From sequence record PP456879.1: DNA of 64,000 nucleotides; one strand, given 5' to 3'. How positions within the stretch are numbered: the stretch's first letter is position 1; each line of letters opens with the position of its first letter. Of the stretch, positions 8,846 through 16,558 are shown one piece after another. Below the pieces are notes generated by a model. It did not search any database. It worked only from the letters and a program-made list of their open reading frames with translations, and was not told the origin of the DNA. The translations under genes were made by a program, and so were the position numbers.

Positions 8846-10204
8846 TTAACTGATGCGATCGCGATAAGACCATTTAACAGTCTTAAGAACAGCACTGTGC
8901 ATTTTAGACATGAAGATGGATAGGAATCGACCACCAACACCTGCTGCTGCTGCCGGAATGCCATTGGGGTTCTCTGACATTTGTTTACCCATACAGACAG
9001 CACATACGTTCTTACCTCTACCTATTACACCATTAGCTGGATCACCACCGGCCTTACATGTCATTGGACCACGTAGTTCAATCTCAGTGCCAACTAGTTC
9101 ATCAATATTAGTTTCTTCAATAAGGATAGATTTCCCATTCTTAACATAAGACAAGCCAATGAAATCTTTCTTATTAAATTGGTGAACAGTAGTTGGAATA
9201 CCTATCCATGTATTGCAGTCTTCCATAATAATCCTGACTGTACCAACCATTCGATAAATCGTTTTAGTTGACTCACCGCCTAGGGCTGTTTGTGCACCAC
9301 GGTTATATGAACCATAACGTAATGAGTTATTCATTACTGGCATATGGTCAGTGTCAATGCCTTCTTCCAATGATTTACCGATATATTCAACTGATGTACC
9401 ATCTTGGAATGGCGCTTCCCCACCAAACATACCAAATACTTTCTTACGCACGCCACCAAATAATTTACTATGTTTAGTGTCATAGAACTCATAAGAAGGA
9501 TCGTCTTTTAGATAGTCCTCATCTAGCTTGATTAATGCATTACCCATTTCTGCAATAACAGCCGGATCATCTAACCGATCTTTATATTTCTCTTCTAGTT
9601 CTTTACGTAACTTATCTCTGTCTGGTGCAGAGGTCATTGATTTCTCAGTAATGGATGTTACCAAGGTACTGGCATATGCTGGCAATGCTAAACAATGATC
9701 TGCAAACATCCGATATTGCCATACATATAACTTACCATCAGTTGCACGCGGTGGATTATCATCATCAATTGGATCATCGATCATGCGGTTAAGAATTTCT
9801 TTCTCAACTTTACCAATATCGAAATAACCAGATTGGAATGGGAACAGATCACCAAAAGGTAAACATAATACTAAATGGTTAACAAAAACGTTACCATAAG
9901 TTGTTCTTAATGCACCTGGTCCTTTATAGTTTTCAATTTCACCAGGTTGTAAAATGAATTCATCTCGAAATGCTAATGGTTGTTTACCTTCAATATAATC
10001 GTCGATATAAACAACTTCATCATTAGAATCGCCTTCTTTATAGAAGAACATTTTACCATCTTTGAAATATGGCTTGTATAGATATTCACCACCATCATTT
10101 GGGTTATAAACGATATTAAATAAAACGTTAACCCATGCTCGTTTCTTATCTAATCCAGCATTGATACCCATTAGAAAATAATCACGTAATTTCATTAGTA
10201 TCAC
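8846..10204 (-). CDS. Virion RNA polymerase beta' C-terminal subunit (gp80-like)
   Basis: Bridge-helix-like GSYNRGAQTALGG, Zn site GPMTC...VCAVCMG, trigger-loop-like AAAAGVGGRFLSIFMSKMH; likely start ATG 10195. Confidence 0.85.
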   Translation of the reverse strand: MILMKLRDYFLMGINAGLDKKRAWVNVLFNIVYNPNDGGEYLYKPYFKDGKMFFYKEGDSNDEVVYIDDYIEGKQPLAFRDEFILQPGEIENYKGPGALRTTYGNVFVNHLVLCLPFGDLFPFQSGYFDIGKVEKEILNRMIDDPIDDDNPPRATDGKLYVWQYRMFADHCLALPAYASTLVTSITEKSMTSAPDRDKLRKELEEKYKDRLDDPAVIAEMGNALIKLDEDYLKDDPSYEFYDTKHSKLFGGVRKKVFGMFGGEAPFQDGTSVEYIGKSLEEGIDTDHMPVMNNSLRYGSYNRGAQTALGGESTKTIYRMVGTVRIIMEDCNTWIGIPTTVHQFNKKDFIGLSYVKNGKSILIEETNIDELVGTEIELRGPMTCKAGGDPANGVIGRGKNVCAVCMGKQMSENPNGIPAAAAGVGGRFLSIFMSKMHSAVLKTVKWSYRDRIS

Positions 10205-11072
10205 CTATGCTATTTAAAATCTTTTTAGCTTCATTTTCCATAATAGATCGTTCAATATTGTTAGATGTGAAATCATCTATAATACTCATTACGGTTCTAC
10301 TAATTTCATTCTGTTCAGTATTTGAAATTAATACCAATCCGACAATTTCTTTAGCAACTTCAATAGGCGTCATAGCATCTAATGGGCCAAATGAAATTTG
10401 TAATAGGTCATCAATATTCCTTTTACCAACACGTAATCCTGCATTAACTAGTTCCATAGCTAACTTAAATGATGCCCGCGTATGAATACGAATAAGGCGA
10501 TTAATTAAATTAATCCGTTCGACATTACTTACATTGCCATATGCTTGACCACGGGTAGTAAGTACTGACTGAATAAATGATGTAATATTACTAATAAGTG
10601 TTGGTGATACACTTTCAATTAAGTCAATGATATTTAAGAAATCTACACTTGTATCGATAAGTTCTACCAGATGTGCTAACGTCTCTTCGGGTGAATATTC
10701 GGCTAACAGAATATCATTCACTTCATCTGGAATAATGTAATCTTCTAAACTAAGGAGTGTATTAACAACAGCTTGCCGTTCAGCCTGAGTTGCTTCATCA
10801 CTAATTTTAATAAGATGTTCATTTAGAATTTCATCTTGTGCAATGCGAATGATATCATCAATGCGAGAAAGAAGCATTGCATTATCTGAGATACCTGATT
10901 GAATCTGACATACTGTATTTAGTTCATCTAGAGCTGCAACATAATTGATCTTTTCAAAAGATGCTACACAGTCTAGGATAACTTCTTTACGCTCTTCATG
11001 TATAAGAGGCGTAAGATAACTATCAATGAAATCTTTCATGACGATATCCTTTTTATACGGAATTATTAACAT
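10182..11072 (-). CDS. Hypothetical virion-associated protein (gp79-like)
   Basis: 296-aa helical ORF overlapping the start of the RNAP subunit. Confidence 0.75.
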   Translation of the reverse strand: MLIIPYKKDIVMKDFIDSYLTPLIHEERKEVILDCVASFEKINYVAALDELNTVCQIQSGISDNAMLLSRIDDIIRIAQDEILNEHLIKISDEATQAERQAVVNTLLSLEDYIIPDEVNDILLAEYSPEETLAHLVELIDTSVDFLNIIDLIESVSPTLISNITSFIQSVLTTRGQAYGNVSNVERINLINRLIRIHTRASFKLAMELVNAGLRVGKRNIDDLLQISFGPLDAMTPIEVAKEIVGLVLISNTEQNEISRTVMSIIDDFTSNNIERSIMENEAKKILNSIGDTNEIT

Positions 11073-11210
11073 AGGGTTGGACAGATAGTTATTCTTTAAT
11101 ATAGTGTAAAATTACCAAATGTGTTAAATATATGTTGAACTAATCATTTTTTTCATTTGTCAATTTATATTGGCAAATATTAAATTAAGCCTCTATCGGA
11201 GTATAACAAG

Positions 11211-11705
11211 ATGTCAAATAAAGCTAAAGAACCAACTCTAACTAAAGAACAGGAAAAGACTCTACGTCTATTTGAACGTGCAGTTGGAGCATCAGCTGCC
11301 GCAGCTGATCATATTCTTAACCGTGATGGTTGGGATGTTGTCAATGTACTAGCAGGTTCCGTAGGTAAACGTATTCTACAAACTGAAGTATTCATTAATC
11401 CAGTTATCAATAAGATCAATGAAATCATTCCGACGTTATCTGATCCTACTGGATTCCAAAAGAACCTACAAACAGTTATTGCTGACCTTAATCGACTAAC
11501 TAAAATTATCAGTGTCCTATATGCACAACATCAAGGTAAGGCTGGTCCAGCAAATAATGAAGATGAACTAAAACTCATCAGTGAACTTGTTACTAAATAC
11601 ACTGGTATTGAAGGTGCTATTGAACGCGGTATTGATGGTGTAATCCTAGCGATGATCGGCACTCTTCGAGAAGCTGGTTGGGACGAAAAACTAATTCAAC
11701 AATAA
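11211..11705 (+). CDS. Hypothetical protein (gp78-like)
   Basis: 164 aa, SD GGAG, first gene of a + strand operon. Confidence 0.8.
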   Translation: MSNKAKEPTLTKEQEKTLRLFERAVGASAAAADHILNRDGWDVVNVLAGSVGKRILQTEVFINPVINKINEIIPTLSDPTGFQKNLQTVIADLNRLTKIISVLYAQHQGKAGPANNEDELKLISELVTKYTGIEGAIERGIDGVILAMIGTLREAGWDEKLIQQ

Positions 11706-11716
11706 TGGAGTTTTAA

Positions 11717-13318
11717 ATGGCTACTGCTGACTTCGATAATGAGTACGATGATACTCCAGAAGAGAATTTACTAGATCAAATTGATGAGATCAATGCGCAA
11801 CACGATCCTGACTCTAGTATTGAAAATAATGACGAGGTGGAAACTCCACCTTTCGTTCCTGATCAAAAAGAAATTAAACTACGTATTCCACGTAATGCTA
11901 AAACTGGAAATATCCGGGATGCTTCTGAACCGGCTATTAAAGATAGTGCTAGCATTCTTACTTTACTACGTGAGAATCCCCAGACTGTTTATAATTTCCT
12001 GGATCACAATAAAGAACTATTTAAAGCATTTGCTGATAATAAAGTAGATGACACTAGTGACGGTGTAAAGTGGACAGCTGCTATTCTGGAAGGCTTAGCT
12101 CACTCTATTGTTGAAGATGCACCAATCGGTGCAACTGCCCGAGAAGGTTCTGAATGGTCTAGTGAAATTCCTTATGGTGAAAAGATCATTCGACCTGGCC
12201 GACCTGTATTTAATACCAATGGTCGTAAAATGACCGATGATGAAACTCTAGTTTTCCTAACACGTAAAGCTAACATCGGTACGCCATATGATACTTTCCT
12301 ACCTCATTCAGGTATTTGGGTAAAACTACGTGCACCTACTGGTACTGAAGTAGCTGCCCTACAAGCACGTCTAGCACAATTAAAGATCCGGCTAGGCGCT
12401 GAATCAAAAGGTATGCTGTTCTCAAACATGGCAGCTGTGTTACTTAACATGGTTAGTAGTTTAGCACTTGCATGTGTTATTCAATCCAACTATAAGTTCA
12501 ACACCCCAACTGATCTAGAGCATGTTATCTCAGTAGCTGATGAGCCGTTCTTGCATCACGCACTAGCGGCGACTATGTATCCAGATGGATTTAATTATAG
12601 TTATCCATGCATTGCAGATGCCAATACATGTAACCATATTGAAACAGCGAAACTTAATATGTCAACGCTTGTTCAATATGATCTACTGGCATTCTCAGAA
12701 GAACAAAAGAAATATATTGCACGTAAGTTTAATGCATGTACTGAATCTGATCTTAAGACTTATAAAGAAGGATTCCGTATTGAAACTCAAGTAACTGAAA
12801 TGTTTGGTGACGTTGGTGTTGTTCTTGAGATGTGTACAATTGCTGATCGCCGAGAGTCTGGTGATAGTTGGATTAACTCAATTATCGATATGACTCAAGG
12901 TAGTTTTAATGAACCAGTCGATGGTCCGCAACGTTCTCAGTATATTGCACGTTTACAAAAGATCTCTATTGCCCGTCAGTTCTCACATTTTGTTAAAGAA
13001 ATTAAAGTACGTGAAGATGACGATGGTGAAAGTTCTGAAGACAATATTCGTACTGCAACCACTAATCGTGAAACTATTGAAAAGTTCTTAACTAATATTC
13101 TATCCACACCGGAATATAATGACCGCTTTATTAATGCGGTGAGTAACTTCATTGATTCACAACTAATTGGAATGATTGCAATTACAAGTTGGAATTGTCC
13201 AGTATGTGAGTCACCTGCTGCTACTAAATTTAAAGAACGTTTCCCACACTTAATCCCTATTGACATGCTGTCAACTTTTTTTACTTTGGCGGCCTCGAAG
13301 TCAAACCGGATGGTGTAG
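11717..13318 (+). CDS. T4 gp26-like baseplate hub/tail assembly chaperone (gp77-like)
   Basis: TPYDTFLPHSGIWVKLRAPT..E, C...C pair, C-terminal CPVC and DMLSTFF resemble the T4 gp26 family; SD GGAG. Confidence 0.65.
   Translation: MATADFDNEYDDTPEENLLDQIDEINAQHDPDSSIENNDEVETPPFVPDQKEIKLRIPRNAKTGNIRDASEPAIKDSASILTLLRENPQTVYNFLDHNKELFKAFADNKVDDTSDGVKWTAAILEGLAHSIVEDAPIGATAREGSEWSSEIPYGEKIIRPGRPVFNTNGRKMTDDETLVFLTRKANIGTPYDTFLPHSGIWVKLRAPTGTEVAALQARLAQLKIRLGAESKGMLFSNMAAVLLNMVSSLALACVIQSNYKFNTPTDLEHVISVADEPFLHHALAATMYPDGFNYSYPCIADANTCNHIETAKLNMSTLVQYDLLAFSEEQKKYIARKFNACTESDLKTYKEGFRIETQVTEMFGDVGVVLEMCTIADRRESGDSWINSIIDMTQGSFNEPVDGPQRSQYIARLQKISIARQFSHFVKEIKVREDDDGESSEDNIRTATTNRETIEKFLTNILSTPEYNDRFINAVSNFIDSQLIGMIAITSWNCPVCESPAATKFKERFPHLIPIDMLSTFFTLAASKSNRMV
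13276..13282 (+). promoter_or_regulatory. -1 programmed ribosomal frameshift slippery site T-TTT-TTT
   Basis: ACT TTT TTT in X-XXY-YYZ phase; the -1 frame is closed by TGA at 13261 and open 13264-13779. Confidence 0.7.
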
Positions 13319-13779
13319 TTAATGATCTGAGATATAGTCGTCTTGAGGCCACTTTCAAGGAAGATAGTGGTCACATCCTACATCCAAACTTTGGTTATGA
13401 TAAGTTAACTGAAGATGATACACACTTAGATAGACTATTATCGACAGTAGGGGCAGTAAGACCGTCTACAGCAGCACGTTTAACAAGAGAAGCATATCTA
13501 CTTGATTACGATATCGGTTCACCAGAAAACGGACCCATGTGGTTAAATAAGGTAAATCCTAAAGAGGACTTTATCGAAGGTGGGTTGAGAAGGAGACTGA
13601 CTAGAGATTTCTTCAAGTATAAAGTAGGTAGCTTATCTAATATGTCATTAACTGAATTCTTTGAATTAGCTTATTCTGAGGTAGAATACATAATTGAATT
13701 ATGTAGGAATATTACTCATAATGAGGCTGTTAATAACAATAACCAGTTAAATGAATTAAACAAGCCGTTAACTAAATAA
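13276..13779 (+). CDS. -1 frameshift extension of the chaperone (predicted 687-aa fusion; the ORF-track 80-aa ORF is its tail)
   Basis: 91 stop-free codons without ATG/GTG/TTG precede ATG 13537; tail SLTEFFELAYSEVEYIIEL resembles GT/gp51-type tails. Confidence 0.7.
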   Translation, partial: FFYFGGLEVKPDGVVNDLRYSRLEATFKEDSGHILHPNFGYDKLTEDDTHLDRLLSTVGAVRPSTAARLTREAYLLDYDIGSPENGPMWLNKVNPKEDFIEGGLRRRLTRDFFKYKVGSLSNMSLTEFFELAYSEVEYIIELCRNITHNEAVNNNNQLNELNKPLTK

Positions 13780-13794
13780 AAAAAATAAAGACAG

Positions 13795-13823
13795 GCCCCT
13801 CTCCACATGGAGAGGGGTTTATG
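13795..13823. terminator. Bidirectional terminator
   Basis: CCCCTCTCC-acat-GGAGAGGGG with A-tract upstream and ttt downstream, convergent genes. Confidence 0.8.
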
Positions 13824-13828
13824 TCGTC

Positions 13829-13972
13829 TTACTTACGTGCAAAGCTAGCTACAAGACCTTTGATAGCTAGAGCGACCATCCAGGCCGTTAACCCCTTCAT
13901 TGGGCGGATATCAACCCGTTCTTCGATATCCAGATTGCCCTCACTATTGATTACCTCAATTCGTACTTGCAT
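13829..13972 (-). CDS. Unannotated 47-aa protein with hydrophobic C-terminal helix
   Basis: AAGGAG-N6-ATG; MQVRIEVINSEGNLDIEERVDIRPMKGLTAWMVALAIKGLVASFARK; ends at the terminator. Confidence 0.7.
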   Translation of the reverse strand: MQVRIEVINSEGNLDIEERVDIRPMKGLTAWMVALAIKGLVASFARK

Positions 13973-14067
13973 GGTCTACTCCTTATCAGGGTGGGATATG
14001 ATATTCAAAAGTCTTTTGATATAAAGATGGCATATTACCCCACCAATAAAAGGCGGGGTAATATTTA

Positions 14068-14262
14068 TTAAACCATCAGATATCCTAATGGGAATAAAGC
14101 AAAGAAGCCATATAAAACAACAAGCAGTGTCTTTTGGCGAACATACCGGGATTTAATACTATCTTTATCTAAGTCAAACTTGACATAAAGATAAATCTGA
14201 TAACTTTTATATCCCATACTAGCCACAAGGGCTATTACTATAAGTTGACACAAAAAGACCAT
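14068..14262 (-). CDS. Small membrane protein (2 predicted TM)
   Basis: 64 aa, two hydrophobic segments. Confidence 0.7.
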   Translation of the reverse strand: MVFLCQLIVIALVASMGYKSYQIYLYVKFDLDKDSIKSRYVRQKTLLVVLYGFFALFPLGYLMV

Positions 14263-14317
14263 AGTGGGATGCTCTTATTATTAGAGAACAATGATCAATT
14301 GTTCTTACATAGCATGT

Positions 14318-14509
14318 CTATTTAATATGCATGATTATCATATTAAATAACCACAACCCTAACATAAGGGTAAACATACTGCAAATCAAGCCACTTACAA
14401 TCATTGCTTTTTGTTTGATTGTTTTAGCAGCAGCAAGAAATATAATTGAAGTTATTAATCCACTAAATGCAATTAATAGTGGTACTAAAAATAACAATAC
14501 CCGAGCCAT
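14318..14509 (-). CDS. Small membrane protein (2 predicted TM)
   Basis: 63 aa, SD GAGG, two hydrophobic segments. Confidence 0.75.
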   Translation of the reverse strand: MARVLLFLVPLLIAFSGLITSIIFLAAAKTIKQKAMIVSGLICSMFTLMLGLWLFNMIIMHIK

Positions 14510-14521
14510 ATAGACACCTCA

Positions 14522-14779
14522 TCAAAATAGATAAGTTGTACATGTCAGTGAATAGTTAGTCCAGCAACTAACAATAGTACTTACCCATATGGTAACTAAT
14601 ACAATGCTTACGGAGAGAAAAAGCATAGCGTACTGGCATGCACTTTTATTAAAGATATCTTTAAACTCAAGATATGTTTTAATAATAAATATCAGCATGC
14701 ATGTTAGAAGAATATCAACTAAGATCAAAGTACTGACTAGAAGCCATGTTGCACCAAAGATCTGATCAACTGTATACAT
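14522..14779 (-). CDS. Small membrane protein (2 predicted TM)
   Basis: 85 aa from ATG 14779 (SD GGAG, TAATG overlap with the upstream peptide). Confidence 0.75.
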   Translation of the reverse strand: MYTVDQIFGATWLLVSTLILVDILLTCMLIFIIKTYLEFKDIFNKSACQYAMLFLSVSIVLVTIWVSTIVSCWTNYSLTCTTYLF

Positions 14780-14844
14780 TATTTCCACTCCCATAGTTTA
14801 TAAGCTATAACTACAATTGTAATCATAATCAATTTTTTCTTCAT
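14779..14844 (-). CDS. Unannotated 21-aa membrane micro-peptide
   Basis: MKKKLIMITIVVIAYKLWEWK*; AGGG-N8-ATG; stop overlaps the next start. Confidence 0.55.
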   Translation of the reverse strand: MKKKLIMITIVVIAYKLWEWK

Positions 14845-14873
14845 TGTAAATACCCTATAGTTTTATCACATTT

Positions 14874-14881
14874 GTGATATA
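14874..14881 (-). promoter_or_regulatory. Early (virion RNAP) promoter variant TATATCAC
   Basis: Near match to phiKZ early consensus TATATTAC, ~30 nt upstream of the small-membrane-protein operon. Confidence 0.5.
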
Positions 14882-14917
14882 CTGTTTAAAATGCTTTAAA
14901 TACAAAAAATAAAAAAA

Positions 14918-14955
14918 GCATAATCCCTCCCAACTAAGGGAGGGATCATTTATGC
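14918..14955 (-). terminator. Terminator after helicase
   Basis: atCCCTCCC-aactaa-GGGAGGGat with long U-tract on the minus strand. Confidence 0.8.
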
Positions 14956-14961
14956 CATTTA

Positions 14962-16500
14962 CTATAAACGCATCATGCGCATACTTTTAGTTTTACCCAT
15001 GAAATGATTTTCTTTATTTCTAGCGTATCTGCAATGATGAGGTATGTTATTACAAACCATGAATGTTAACCTTGGTATTACATCAGGCCAGTTCTTCAAT
15101 GGTCTTAGTCGTCCAAGAATTTGGATGCTGTCCTTTTTAGAGTCAGTTGCTTGTAATAGAATAACTTCCCTTAAATTCCTAATATCAACACCAGTACCAG
15201 ATGATTTAATAGTTGATACAGTGATATCATTAGTCATTAATCTATCATACGGACTACCCGAAACATGTCTATTAATCTGAAGATCTGGATATTGTTTCTT
15301 AAGATAAGCTGTCAGTACATCGATAAAGTTTACAGTCGCGCATAATAGCAAACATTTCTGACCTTCAATACGATCCTTTATATAAACGCCATCTACAATA
15401 CGTTTAACCATCTTTAAATAGAAGTCTAGTCGCCTAGGATTCTTCATCATTACTGTTTCATAACGAGCATGGTTATATGTATTTTTAAATGGAGTTAAAT
15501 AGTCCTTAGGTTTAATAGTTGGTTCACTATATAACAAGCCAATAACATTGATGTATGAGTCATATGCAGGTAACCTACACTTTGTAGTGGCAGGTAGCAT
15601 GACATCAATCATTTTAGTAACAAACTGATTACCAGTGTATGGAGTAGCTGATAAATAGATTTGTTTATTGACATTGGTATATAGATCAGTACGAAATACT
15701 AATCCTGGATCTTCTTGAATCTCATCATTGATCTGCCAACCTGCTCCAATAACCTCATGGAATCTAGGTGGTGGTACATTAAATCCAACTACATCGATTT
15801 TTTCACCTAATCGTTCAAAAGTATCGATATATGCACGGTATGTTGTAGAACTAATGAGAATAATTTCAACACCCTCTAAATCATTCTCTAGTCCGCGATT
15901 AATTAGATTCTGTAACTCAGCAGATCCAGATACTTTTAAATATTTTATACCTAGCTGATCTTCATAACCAACAAATGTTTCTTTTAATGCTTTCTCCCAA
16001 ATACCGAAATATTTAGGTGGAATCATAACAACACCACGTTCTTTCATTACTGCAACTGAAGCTAAACTAGTTAAGGTTTTACCTTTACCAGTCTGTAAAT
16101 CAACACGTGCTGAATGTAAATGTGGTCTTAGAATATCTTCGCGGATGGTTTCCTGATAATCCCTTAGAACATAATGTTCAAATAAAGTATAGTCTACTTT
16201 AACAGCTGTTGGTACAGGAATATCTACAATTTCAATTCTAGTAGATGGTATATTCTTATCGGCTAGATAATTAATAAGTTCTTGAAGACATTCACGATGG
16301 ATGAATACAGATTTACCATCTTCTGTTTCACCATAATATTTTTTCTTTATTTCCATTATGGTGCGTTGACCAGGTATCTTCTTAGGTTCTTTTAAAACCA
16401 GTTTATTAAGATATCCAGTCATCTTTAAGTATGTTTCCCGATCGTAACCGGATAAACGAACACCATGGGTGTATCGTTCTGCTGTAAGAATCGGTTTCAT
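14962..16500 (-). CDS. SF2 (UvsW-like) helicase (gp75-like)
   Basis: Walker A LQTGKGKT, DEIQ motif II, LSATP motif III, QILGRLR motif VI; start ATG 16500 after a hairpin. Confidence 0.9.
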   Translation of the reverse strand: MKPILTAERYTHGVRLSGYDRETYLKMTGYLNKLVLKEPKKIPGQRTIMEIKKKYYGETEDGKSVFIHRECLQELINYLADKNIPSTRIEIVDIPVPTAVKVDYTLFEHYVLRDYQETIREDILRPHLHSARVDLQTGKGKTLTSLASVAVMKERGVVMIPPKYFGIWEKALKETFVGYEDQLGIKYLKVSGSAELQNLINRGLENDLEGVEIILISSTTYRAYIDTFERLGEKIDVVGFNVPPPRFHEVIGAGWQINDEIQEDPGLVFRTDLYTNVNKQIYLSATPYTGNQFVTKMIDVMLPATTKCRLPAYDSYINVIGLLYSEPTIKPKDYLTPFKNTYNHARYETVMMKNPRRLDFYLKMVKRIVDGVYIKDRIEGQKCLLLCATVNFIDVLTAYLKKQYPDLQINRHVSGSPYDRLMTNDITVSTIKSSGTGVDIRNLREVILLQATDSKKDSIQILGRLRPLKNWPDVIPRLTFMVCNNIPHHCRYARNKENHFMGKTKSMRMMRL

Positions 16501-16521
16501 AAAAAAATCAACGATCGGTAA

Positions 16522-16538
16522 GGGGAGCAGTGCTCCCC
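16522..16538 (-). terminator. Hairpin between nvRNAP subunit and helicase
   Basis: GGGGAGC-agt-GCTCCCC. Confidence 0.5.
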
Positions 16539-16558
16539 AAACCTCACGTCCTCCACGT

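Noticed and set aside
12976-13374. Minus-strand 132-aa ORF
   Set aside because: Antisense shadow of the chaperone gene; same reasoning applies to other nested antisense ORFs (e.g. 37217-38637, 61346-61696, 27305-27613)
13821-14024. + strand 67-aa ORF
   Set aside because: The minus-strand 47-aa ORF has an AAGGAG SD and fits the operon direction and terminator
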